Below, piece after piece: positions 41,118 through 50,369 of a DNA stretch of 64,000 nt (positions are counted from its first letter, which is position 1; every line of letters starts with the position of its first letter). This stretch comes from an uncultured Verrucomicrobiae bacterium (lineage in GTDB: Bacteria > Verrucomicrobiota > Verrucomicrobiia > Chthoniobacterales > JAATET01). Below the pieces are notes generated by a model. It had not been told where the DNA came from. It worked only from the letters and a program-made list of their open reading frames with translations, and ran no database searches. The position numbers were made by a program, and so were the translations under genes. The stretch lies in contig CAVRCI010000003.1 in assembly GCA_963719495.1 (NCBI GenBank), positions 149,833 through 213,832 on the forward strand, written 5' to 3'.

Positions 41118-42140
41118 ATGGATACACATCTATGCTTAGAAAATGATGGCCAGAAGCTCGTTAGAACGAATTTCTGGGAAGCGGCGCACAACGCTAAAGG
41201 CAACTTCTTTCTCTCGACCAACGCTGGTGCCATGCGATTGATCGTTCCCGATTGTCAACGCCATGTCGTGGACGAGATTCGTTACGTCGATACCGTCTAC
41301 GTCACTCGTGGACCGCATTATACGGCTCCATCTGAGATCGGGATTGAGCTGTTATTTGAAGACGAATCTCCGATGCCGTATGTCCTCCAGATGCACGTTT
41401 CCGACTTGGATCGACTATTTCCAAAATCAGAAGCCGGCCAGAAAATCCCTTTTACGGTTTGGGTCAATGGGAAACGGGGGAAAGCCAAGCAAGTATTGTC
41501 AATGCGAGCCCATCTTGGCTGCGCAAGCTTGCAGCTTCCAACAATTGGAACGCCTTCGACCGAGGCAGCAACAACCAGTTCTGATTCGATTCCACAGAAA
41601 GTCTTGAGTTTCGAGCACTACACACTCCAAACTGGACACACCTATAAGTCGCCCCGTCAGGAGTGTCCGGACATCGCCTTGGAAACCATCGATTCGATAT
41701 TATTAGAAGCTCGACTCTCAGGCTCCTATGTTCCCGCGTTGACCGAGGGCAACGAGCAATTGTATTTGAAGGAAATCATACTGGATGCAGGTTTCGCCCT
41801 ATCAACCGCGTATGCTTCGAAAGTGGGGGAATCTGAGATCGTTCCGCTTGCGACATGGATTACAAATTGGAACAAAACCACGGAAGATAAGGCGTGGCAG
41901 ACTACCTTGAAGCTCATCGATATCGTCAGCTCGGACGATCAATCAGATGCCTCTGCGATAAAGCGCTTCCCAATCCCAGTCCGCGCCCCACTACAGAAGC
42001 CGAAAACGAGTCCCTGGTGCGCGGTATGCTTGATGCCGCACATGGCTCGGTTTCAAAAGCTGTTGCCAATGCTAGGTGATTTCGAGCGCGTTGTAACTTG
42101 GGCTCAATTGAAGAGCGCTGGCTTGGACATCACGCTTTAG
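41118..42140 (+). CDS. hypothetical protein, paralog A
   Basis: 340 aa; collinear similarity along its whole length to 48485-49519. Confidence 0.85.
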   Translation: MDTHLCLENDGQKLVRTNFWEAAHNAKGNFFLSTNAGAMRLIVPDCQRHVVDEIRYVDTVYVTRGPHYTAPSEIGIELLFEDESPMPYVLQMHVSDLDRLFPKSEAGQKIPFTVWVNGKRGKAKQVLSMRAHLGCASLQLPTIGTPSTEAATTSSDSIPQKVLSFEHYTLQTGHTYKSPRQECPDIALETIDSILLEARLSGSYVPALTEGNEQLYLKEIILDAGFALSTAYASKVGESEIVPLATWITNWNKTTEDKAWQTTLKLIDIVSSDDQSDASAIKRFPIPVRAPLQKPKTSPWCAVCLMPHMARFQKLLPMLGDFERVVTWAQLKSAGLDITL

Positions 42141-42364
42141 AGCAGTCCAGACGGACCCGCTTCCGAGATGCGAAGGCGAACAATTGGCTGCGAAGGAAGT
42201 GGCGGAGACACTCCGGATACGAAGGTGCCCGGGGTGTCTCGATAGTTCGGACCGGTCAACGAAGCGCCGACAGGCAATGCACGACAACATCCGAAGCAGA
42301 TGCCTCGCGAACAACCAATTCAGACCAGATAATCAAGGCGTCGAGTAACATCCGCGACTTCCAG

Positions 42365-42901
42365 TCAGTTTCTCTGGCGTCCGCCGATTCGCTTGGCAAC
42401 GATATCGAAATCTGGCTCGAACAAAGCGAAGAATCCGTTGTCGGAAGTGACGAGGAAGCGTCCCTGTGCTCTAAGCTCTCGCTTTCCGAGGATATATTCG
42501 ATGGTGCCGACGTTACGAGTGCTGAGCCAGTTCACCCCATTGACCCGCGCGAGAACCTTCTTCCCACGCTGTGTCCAACGCCCTGAGGCTGCCGCTTCGA
42601 TCGTTTGGCTTAAGGTATCGTATTTTACGATGCGGATACGTCCGCGCGGTGAAAAAGTTGTCGTGGTCACAATGGTGACGGAGTCGGATTCGGGGCCGGG
42701 AGGGAGAAATGTGTAGGTTTCTTCCATGATGACCGATGCCCCGCTGTTGCGAATGCTAATTTTTGTCGGATAGCTTTTAGTCTCGTGGGACCACGAATCC
42801 GTGCGCGTTCCATGCCACTCACCCGTCGAGATCGAGAGAGGTTTGGCGTAACCGGTGACTGCAACTAGGGTCAAGCAAGTGAGCAAAAAGAAGGTTTTCA
42901 T
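42365..42901 (-). CDS. secreted hypothetical protein
   Basis: Signal peptide MKTFFLLTCLTLVAVTGYA; beta-rich body. Confidence 0.7.
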   Translation of the reverse strand: MKTFFLLTCLTLVAVTGYAKPLSISTGEWHGTRTDSWSHETKSYPTKISIRNSGASVIMEETYTFLPPGPESDSVTIVTTTTFSPRGRIRIVKYDTLSQTIEAAASGRWTQRGKKVLARVNGVNWLSTRNVGTIEYILGKRELRAQGRFLVTSDNGFFALFEPDFDIVAKRIGGRQRN

Positions 42902-42915
42902 GGATTTTAATTCAT

Positions 42916-43179
42916 TCAAGATACTGTTCGTTTTGGAAGAAACAGGACGATCAGTCCGCCGACAACACACAGTAACCCAGTCGCACCCCACCACGCTGAC
43001 TGTCCCTTTGCACTCGCTGCCTTGCACAGTCCTACTATGTAGAGAGTCATGCCAATTGCGGCGCCGATGCCGAAGACGGACATCAAGGCTTGGCTATCTC
43101 CAAGATCGAGAGCGCCGCGTATAAAGTTCGGAACGATCAAAAGAGCGAGGCCGAGAGTGATTAGGTTTTTTGCATTCAT
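42916..43179 (-). CDS. small multi-pass membrane protein
   Basis: 87 aa with three hydrophobic segments and an AKG-x-S-x-WW motif. Confidence 0.7.
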   Translation of the reverse strand: MNAKNLITLGLALLIVPNFIRGALDLGDSQALMSVFGIGAAIGMTLYIVGLCKAASAKGQSAWWGATGLLCVVGGLIVLFLPKRTVS

Positions 43180-43182
43180 AAT

Positions 43183-43533
43183 TTATTCGACCTCCCAGGT
43201 GCGCGAGCCGCGATCTGTATATGCCGTCACACTTCGGGCGGCCGGTCCGACAGTATTGTTGAGAGCGATTGACTCGCCGGTTTGGAGAACGGTCGGAGAG
43301 AATGCGGCCTTGCGGGGGCCGGTTATCACATACAGCAGCTCAGTATCTCCGTTGACGACCACTCGCTCGATCGTGATCGGTTGTTGCTCCCGGTTTGTGA
43401 AATAGAATGAGAGCGGGACATCGAAGAGCGTCACTCCATTGAGTTCAATGTCAGGGCCTGGATTGCCGCATCCCGTGGTCAGAAGCGCCAAAGCAATAAG
43501 CGGAAACCGTGAGAGGAAGATCATTCTTTTCAT
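43183..43533 (-). CDS. putative lipoprotein
   Basis: MKRMIF...LALLTTGC lipobox. Confidence 0.65.
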   Translation of the reverse strand: MKRMIFLSRFPLIALALLTTGCGNPGPDIELNGVTLFDVPLSFYFTNREQQPITIERVVVNGDTELLYVITGPRKAAFSPTVLQTGESIALNNTVGPAARSVTAYTDRGSRTWEVE

Positions 43534-43559
43534 CGTAGGCGCGACTTTGCGGAGTCCGA

Positions 43560-44045
43560 TCATTTGACCGGGCCGATTGGCACGGCCTTTAGGTCCCCCA
43601 TTGGGTTGACAAAAAAGTTCCACCGGTCGTGTTCGTGGCGGATTCCCTCACCCCCGAAGGTGACTTCACCCGACCATGAAAATTTTACTTCAGCGGGGAA
43701 AATAGTCGCGCCGGGTTGCGGTGATTCAACCTTGTTCATCATTGGTAGAAATTGGTCACTCGAAGAGTGCCCATTCTGATGTTTCTCGCCCCATCTTACG
43801 CTCTCGATCTCAAGAGAATCGACTCGCCCCTGTGACGCTAATATGGTCTTCAGCGCCGACGTCATCGCATTCTCGGCTTCGCCATTCGACGGATATTTCG
43901 GCTCGGTTGGTTCCGTGATCGCAGGGTTGGTGTCCGGTATCGATGGTGATTTCGGAGATTTCGAGCAACTGACGAATAGCCCAGATACGGTTACCAATGT
44001 GATCAACAAACTGAGGTGCGGAGCGTAGGCGGTCGCGTTTTTCAT
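43560..44045 (-). CDS. putative lipoprotein
   Basis: Hydrophobic N-terminus ending LFVSC, then a Pro/Ser linker. Confidence 0.65.
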   Translation of the reverse strand: MKNATAYAPHLSLLITLVTVSGLFVSCSKSPKSPSIPDTNPAITEPTEPKYPSNGEAENAMTSALKTILASQGRVDSLEIESVRWGEKHQNGHSSSDQFLPMMNKVESPQPGATIFPAEVKFSWSGEVTFGGEGIRHEHDRWNFFVNPMGDLKAVPIGPVK

Positions 44046-44176
44046 AGAACTCGAAGATACCCGGGCCTCATTTCTGCTGCTGGCGGCAATCGCTCAAAAC
44101 ATTCTCCAATGAGAATGCCGAGTCAAGCTTTAACCTTCTCCATGGAGAACGGAGCTGCCGTCATTCTTCGGGGAGC

Positions 44177-44410
44177 ATGGCTACCAAGACTCCGTCGCAC
44201 CTCGACATTGCATTGGGGACGTTCCTTCGCCGTAAAATGACGGCGGAAAACTGGAGCTATTCCCAGCTCTCGAAAGCGACTGGCATCCCCTCCTCAATGC
44301 TTCACGGGCTAATCAACGGCGATAAATTTGCCACGTTGCACCTTGTTGCGCGCTTGATGAAAAGCCTTCGCGTAGATCTCTCTGACATTTTCCCCACCAG
44401 GAGAAAATAG
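44177..44410 (+). CDS. XRE-family helix-turn-helix regulator
   Basis: SYSQLSKATGIPSSMLHGLING...LMKSLRVDLSDIF. Confidence 0.8.
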   Translation: MATKTPSHLDIALGTFLRRKMTAENWSYSQLSKATGIPSSMLHGLINGDKFATLHLVARLMKSLRVDLSDIFPTRRK

Positions 44411-44601
44411 CTTTAGCGCACCGTGAGGTGGCCCGCGTCCTTCGACAGAACTCGTCGATTCTGAGGACTGACTGGATCGCGCGGTATGCGATGAAAACTA
44501 GCCCCTCGCCAAGACGGACCCTCCGGATTCAATTTCGATATTTACGTGTCACTCCCCACTTTGAGAGCAACGAGACCAATCTGGTGATTGGACATGGGAA
44601 A

Positions 44602-46514
44602 TCAGGTGGGGGTTGCCTCTTCCGGTTGAACGACGGCGGGTTGGCACACTGTAGTGACGGTTTTCTCCATGGCCTTCATCCCGGACCTCAGGATTTCTAG
44701 GAATGTGTGATTCCGGCACTCTGCGTCGCCAATAATGGCATCAAAGGAGAGGATGAAGGTTGGCGTCGGAATGACCTGCCCGTCAGGACGCCGAGTCTCG
44801 AAGTCCTGATAGAAAACCTTCCCGATCGAGAAGATTGGCGCCCACTTCATCTGTTGGAGGCGTCTGTCGAGCACCTCATCCACTTCGAGCACGGCGTAAT
44901 ACCAGACACGCTGGATGTTCGGGCAGTGATCTACCAACTTTTGAGCGCGGTCGAGCAACTGATTCACCGCGTTGGTGTTCTCCTTTTCGTCGTTGGTCCT
45001 GCGCTTGATCTCGACCACAACCACATCGACCTGGGGCACCTCAGCCGGATTAGCGGAGAAGATCATCGCAATGTCCGGACGACCGTCATCGCCGATTCCA
45101 TCGTCGGAGAGCCGAATTGCATCGATGACCTCGTCCATCCGCTTCTCACTCAGGATGGTCTGAAAGCTCATGAACTTATCATCGAGCAACCACGCGTTGT
45201 TCCGATAGATGCCTTCCACCAATCCCTCCTGATTGAACTCGTGGTATCGGGGGACGATCAAATTGTGGATCTCCGCTTCTGAATTCTCCGCGTTCATTTC
45301 CTTCATCCGACGGATAATCAATCCCGGTAGAGGATATACTCGGTCAAAGAACGGGAGGAGAGTTCCAGGGATAACTCGAAGGTCTCGTCGTCGAGTTTGT
45401 CCGACTGAAGAACTTCCTTCTGGGCCTTGAAAAAGCGGCGCTGCGCGATGTCCAGTGCATCGTCCGTGTCGATTAGTCCGACGGATGTTTCCTCGAAGTA
45501 GCCGAGCAAATGGGGAAATTTTTCCTCGAACTCCTCTTTGGTCTCTTCGTTCCTCTCGCTGATTTGCGAAATTTCGTCGGCCAGCACCTTCCCAAGCTCG
45601 CGGCGCAAGACGCGGATCAATTCTTCTTCTGAAACCGTTTCAGGCAGGATCAGTTTTTGTCGGGCACCGTCTGCTGATCCCTCAAAAAGCTTCGAGAAGA
45701 ACAGACAGATGACTGAGTGATCCGCAGGAATCGCATTCGGCTGAATGAGTTTAATCGGAATCGTCCGCCCATCGATGCTGGCTGCGATAAGGACTCGCCG
45801 CGGCCCAAAGCCGGATTTTACCTGATAGAGCATCTCGACGCCTTCGAAAGCATCCAGAGCCGGATCGGTAATCTTCACCGAAGTCAGGTCCGGCAGGTCG
45901 TCCGGGACGATTGCCTCGTCCGTGGAGAAGAAATCCTTCTCGTAGTTTTTCTCGTCCGTTTCCAATTCCAGCCGGATGAGAAACGTTTCACCACGTCGCT
46001 TCAGGTCGTAAAGCGTGGGAAGAAACTGCTCGATGATTCTCGATTTGAGAGCACCTGGTTTGAGGTCGTCGTAGGATTTGACGCGTTGCCCGGTAAATCC
46101 TTCAAAAACGAGCCTGGTCAACTGGGGCTCCGGATCAGGAAGCGTATCGACGTGAGATATCCCTTTGAACTGCTCGGAAAATCGAAAGGTTCGTCGATGG
46201 TTGCCCCAGTTGCTCTCCACCTCGACCCGGTCGAAGTAGTTGAGGTAAACAAGCCGCCCCAATCCTTTGTGGCCCGCGTCCCGCGGTTTCAGAAGCTGGC
46301 AAAATCGGTCGAAACTGCCGTCGTCAAAACCGCTGCCGTTGTCTGTAATGGTAAATCGGAGGGTGTCGGCGGCTACGAAGCCATCAATCTCGATCCGGAT
46401 CGTCACTTCCGAGGCTCCGGCATCAAGGGAATTCGCCAATGCCTCGAACAGGACCTGAATGAGCGACGGATTCGGGAAAAAGAACCGAATAGCGTTGGAT
46501 GTCTCGATATCCAT
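44602..46514 (-). pseudogene. GHKL (Hsp90/MORC-like) ATPase fused to PD-(D/E)xK nuclease, split by a 1-nt frameshift near 45320
   Basis: EALANSLDA, DNGSG, KGLGRL in 45318-46514. NNAWLLDDKF, RPDI, VVVEIK in 44602-45321. Junction reads CGG GAT TG ATT ATC. Confidence 0.75.
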
Positions 46515-47297
46515 TTAGGTAAGGCGGAAGTAGGTTTGGATGGCGGACCGCAAGCTGGCGGGCTTCAGGTTTCCACCAAGGGTGGCTTTGATCGATGCGA
46601 GAATGGCCCGCCATTCCTCGGATTCCTCGGGGAAGCCATCGAGAAAACGGCGGACGTCGTTGAGGATAGTTTCGGGCAGTTCAGGCCCAGGGTCGCCGGG
46701 GAGCGTTCCTGCCAGGCGGAAGACATCGGCGCGGTGTTTGGCGATGTCCTTGGCATCCACCTTTGCCCCTGCGGCTTTCCGATCGCTGAGGTCCAGCCAG
46801 GCGCTCGATTTCAGCGGGATCAGCGCGGTGGCGGTGACAAAGGAAACACCATCCCGGACTTCGGAATGCTCGCGGATCAGCGCGTGATAGTCGTCATCGA
46901 CAAGGATCGCGGAGAGGCTGTGGGTGTCCTCACCCAGGGGAATCGGAACGATGGTCTGATCTTCCCCAAGGTCGATTCCTTCAGGCTTCCGGCTGAAGAT
47001 TTCCAGCATGAAGGGAAACTGTTCGTCGGTCGGTTTGGCGAAACGATAGAGCACAGGTGGGCCATCCTCGCTGCGCTGGCTGACTTTGTAGCCGCCGTCT
47101 TTGATGAATTGGCGCATTGCCGCGATGAATCCGGGATTCACGGCTTCCAGCACCAGAACGATGTCGAGATCCTTGGTAAGGCGGAATTCGAGGCCCTGCC
47201 GGGTGAACCAGTCATCGCAGGCGGCTCCGCCGATCAGGATCAGCGAATCTTCGTAATCCCGGAAACGTTCGCGGAAGATGTCGAGTCCCCGGATCAT
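46515..47297 (-). CDS. AbiEii-like (pol-beta fold) nucleotidyltransferase
   Basis: LIGGAAC...RLTKDLDIVL motif, LIPLK, KHRADVFRL. ATGA overlap with the upstream gene. Confidence 0.75.
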   Translation of the reverse strand: MIRGLDIFRERFRDYEDSLILIGGAACDDWFTRQGLEFRLTKDLDIVLVLEAVNPGFIAAMRQFIKDGGYKVSQRSEDGPPVLYRFAKPTDEQFPFMLEIFSRKPEGIDLGEDQTIVPIPLGEDTHSLSAILVDDDYHALIREHSEVRDGVSFVTATALIPLKSSAWLDLSDRKAAGAKVDAKDIAKHRADVFRLAGTLPGDPGPELPETILNDVRRFLDGFPEESEEWRAILASIKATLGGNLKPASLRSAIQTYFRLT

Positions 47298-48292
47298 GAC
47301 CAATTCACCTCCTCAATGAGTGTCTCAAGCTGCTGTTGGATGCGCTCGTCCACGGAGTCTCTCAAGCTGAGGTAGAGGGACAGCGGATCGACGCGGATCT
47401 CGTCTCCGAGGAGGAGTGGATTGTAACTCCATGCCTGGAGCTGGATATCGGCTCCCGAGGAGCCAGGACAGCCATGGAAGATGCCCTTCTCGAGGTTCGC
47501 CCGGTAGGTTTCCTGAGGGAGGGCGTAGGTGGGCAGGCGATCGTCCTCGATCATGGTCCGGCTACTGAGAGCGGTTAGGCCAGCCTCGAGTGCCGGATAG
47601 CCCACCGTGCTCCATTGAATCCAATGAGTCTTGCGAACGGGCGAGGTCAGGAAGGATTGGGCTTGTTCCCATAGTTCCCGCCGATGGCGATTGAACTCAA
47701 GAACGATGGATCGCCCTTTTCGAGTGGTTCCGCAGAGTCCTCCAGCCTCCAGTTCGTCCTTGGCCCGGCTGAGCATCATCGGTGAGCCGCCGACTTTCTC
47801 CGCGATGCTGCGCAGGGGGACGCCGGCGATGGATTCTCTGAGGAGGTGGTAAAGGAGAATGCTCTGGGTGGAGGGTGAGAGCTTCTTCCCATGGGCCGGT
47901 GAGATGCGGTGAAAATGCTCCCGAAGATCGACCATCACGAATGGCATGAAGAGCTGGTTGCCAGGGACGATGAAGGGGACTCCCATCTGGACCATGCGAT
48001 TTCGAACATAGGACGGAATGTTGGGCAAGACGATGGTGACTGGTTCTCCGAGCTTCTCGTGGAGTAGCTCGGCGTGGGAGGCATACTCAGAGGGGGAGCC
48101 TGTTTCCCATTCGGAGGCTTCCAGGGCAAGCAGGCATTTTTTGCCGAAGATCCTCAGGGCTCGAAGCAGGTAACGCTCCCGTAGGAACAAGGGTAACGCC
48201 GCCATCCCATCCGCAAGCTCCATCTGGAGGTCCGGCAGTTTTCCAGTGATCGAATCCAAGTAAGCCACCAAGCGTTTTTCTAGCGCTTCCAT
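47294..48292 (-). CDS. AbiEi-like / winged-helix partner of the nucleotidyltransferase
   Basis: VPFIVPGNQLFMP, central wHTH (LRSIAEKVGGSPMMLSRAKDELE), C-terminal VDPLSLYLSL...DERI. Confidence 0.7.
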   Translation of the reverse strand: MEALEKRLVAYLDSITGKLPDLQMELADGMAALPLFLRERYLLRALRIFGKKCLLALEASEWETGSPSEYASHAELLHEKLGEPVTIVLPNIPSYVRNRMVQMGVPFIVPGNQLFMPFVMVDLREHFHRISPAHGKKLSPSTQSILLYHLLRESIAGVPLRSIAEKVGGSPMMLSRAKDELEAGGLCGTTRKGRSIVLEFNRHRRELWEQAQSFLTSPVRKTHWIQWSTVGYPALEAGLTALSSRTMIEDDRLPTYALPQETYRANLEKGIFHGCPGSSGADIQLQAWSYNPLLLGDEIRVDPLSLYLSLRDSVDERIQQQLETLIEEVNWS

Positions 48293-48309
48293 CAAACGTA
48301 ACTACTCAC

Positions 48310-48340
48310 TGCACGATAACATCGTCAATGTTATTGTGCA
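48310..48340 (-). promoter_or_regulatory. putative operator inverted repeat overlapping a -35 box
   Basis: TGCACGATAACAT-CGTCA-ATGTTATTGTGCA (12/13 match); TTGACG on the minus strand at its centre. Confidence 0.65.
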
Positions 48341-48484
48341 TCTGTCCGTTACAGTGACTGGCGCGGCGCCAAGCCCCATTCGCAACCAAGCCAAAATTCC
48401 TGAGATGCTTTTCAGGCTACCACAGGAGGTAAATTTTTTTGAGTTACTCAAAAAAAAACACCTCCCAAATCAGTATCTTTGAGT

Positions 48485-49519
48485 ATGGAAACAATTCTAT
48501 GTCTCAAAAATGATGGCCCTAAGATCGCTTCGACGAACTTTTGGGAAACGGTTGGCAATCACCATGGTCTCTTTTTCCTCTCGACGAACGCGGGAGCCTT
48601 GAGGCTGATGGTTCCCGATAGTCAACGCCACGTTGTGAATGAGTTTCACAATGTGAAGCATGTGCGGGTAACTCGCGGGCTTCACCACGAGGTTCCGTCG
48701 GAGATCGGTATCGAGTTGGTATTCGTCGATGACTCCCGGGCACCGTATGTGCTGCAAATGCATGCGTCGAATCTTGACCGATTGTTCCCCAAGAGCGAAG
48801 CGGGTCAGGATCTCCCCTTTACGGTGTGGATCAATGGACACAATGGAAAAGCAAAAGAGGTTTGGACATTCCGTGCCCGTCTGGGTTGGACAGACGCCCA
48901 GCTTCCCAGCGCAGAAATCACTCCCAAGCGATCCTCGAACCAGGAAAAACAGGGCGGTTCACGTCGGATTTCAAGCTTCGAGCACTACGCGCTGCAAGCG
49001 GGTAAGAATAACTTGTCGCCCCGTTGGCAGTGCGATGAAGCATGGCTTGACTCATCCCGACAGATCTTGGAGACGGCCTGTTCGGAGAATGAAATCGTTC
49101 GAGTGGCCGCTTTGGGATCAGAAGAACTATTTTTTTCCGAAATGCGATTCGACACGTTCACCATCGCAACCGCTTTCGGTGTTAAACCCGGAATTTCAGG
49201 GATTGTCTCGCTTGCGACCTGGGTGACCAACTGGGACGAGACGAACCAGGGACCGGCTTGGCAAACGGTAATCGAAGCAAAGGCCGCCACCTCGGAGAAA
49301 CTGGCCGCTGAACCGAGCCTCATGAGGGATTTCGAGGCATTGTTCACGGTCCCGATGCAGAAACCACAAAGCGGACTATGGTGCGCTGTCTTCGTCACGC
49401 CCTTCATCGTTAAATTCCCGGAGATCATGCAGATTGTGGGAAATTTTCAGCGTGCGATGACGTGGGCACAACTGGAAAGCGCCGGCTACGACATTTCGCC
49501 CAATCGCGATCCCGATTGA
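48485..49519 (+). CDS. hypothetical protein, paralog B
   Basis: Shares TNFWE, FFLSTNAGA, DRLFPKSEAGQ, SFEHY, ATWxTNW, WCAV and WAQL blocks with 41118-42140. Confidence 0.85.
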   Translation: METILCLKNDGPKIASTNFWETVGNHHGLFFLSTNAGALRLMVPDSQRHVVNEFHNVKHVRVTRGLHHEVPSEIGIELVFVDDSRAPYVLQMHASNLDRLFPKSEAGQDLPFTVWINGHNGKAKEVWTFRARLGWTDAQLPSAEITPKRSSNQEKQGGSRRISSFEHYALQAGKNNLSPRWQCDEAWLDSSRQILETACSENEIVRVAALGSEELFFSEMRFDTFTIATAFGVKPGISGIVSLATWVTNWDETNQGPAWQTVIEAKAATSEKLAAEPSLMRDFEALFTVPMQKPQSGLWCAVFVTPFIVKFPEIMQIVGNFQRAMTWAQLESAGYDISPNRDPD

Positions 49520-49772
49520 TTCGTTCCACGCACGAAAAACTACCAACAGAGTCCAGGAAGCGAAAGCGCCCCGGGCTCTGTTCGTTTCAACGTTCAAGGA
49601 GCGACGTTCCGGCGCCCACCGAGAGGGGTCGGCAGTTGCGCCATGTTGCGTAGAGACGATGCCCAAGAATCTCGATAATTCGAATCAGACAGTTTCACTT
49701 CATCCACTGTCGCCCATATTCTCCAGAGAGTGCTTGTTGATGCCCTCGCCGAGTTGTGCGTCAGAGGCAGGG

Positions 49773-50369
49773 CTATGCCAAAACAGCTCGCTCTAAACTC
49801 CCGTCGAGAAATTGAACGTATTTCGCTGTGTTAGATAGGTTTTCGTGCCCCATCAACTCGCGCATCTTGAACATATCTCCGTTGACGAATGGTGACGACC
49901 AGAGCCGAGAGGCGAAGGTTTTTCGCATGCTGTGAGTGCCCTGCTCGGTAAGTCCCGCCCGTTTGTAGGCGGATCGGATCACGGAGTCGGCGTGCTGACG
50001 CGTCAAGGGAACGGAGTAGTTTCCCTGGCGCGGGAATAGATAGGCTCGCCCAAAACCGGGATGGTCCATCTGGGCGTTTCGGAGCCACTCAAAGATCGCG
50101 GCTCGCGCCTCTTCGTGAAGCGGCATAGTTCGCGATTTGCGCCCTCCCTTCATATATTGTCTCGCGACGGTAACCGACTCTCTAACCGTTCCTCTCGTCG
50201 AATCAAAAACATCGAGGACGGTCAGGCTCAGCAGTTCAGAGATCCGAAATCCCGTTCGGCTCCCGAGGACAAATATGGCTCGGTCCCTGGCGGCGTAGCG
50301 GCCGGCAAACGATCTCAAAGTTGCCGTGTATTGACTGTCGGTGAGGGCGGTGCATCCAGTTGTCAGCAT
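49773..50369 (-). CDS. minimal tyrosine recombinase (catalytic domain only)
   Basis: TGFRISE (R), KGG, HSMRK (HxxR), MGH and TAKY (Y); 198 aa. Confidence 0.9.
   Translation of the reverse strand: MLTTGCTALTDSQYTATLRSFAGRYAARDRAIFVLGSRTGFRISELLSLTVLDVFDSTRGTVRESVTVARQYMKGGRKSRTMPLHEEARAAIFEWLRNAQMDHPGFGRAYLFPRQGNYSVPLTRQHADSVIRSAYKRAGLTEQGTHSMRKTFASRLWSSPFVNGDMFKMRELMGHENLSNTAKYVQFLDGSLERAVLA

Noticed and set aside
42141..44045. Integron cassette array
   Set aside because: The genes are only 3-26 nt apart, leaving no room for attC sites, and the recombinase is too short for IntI.
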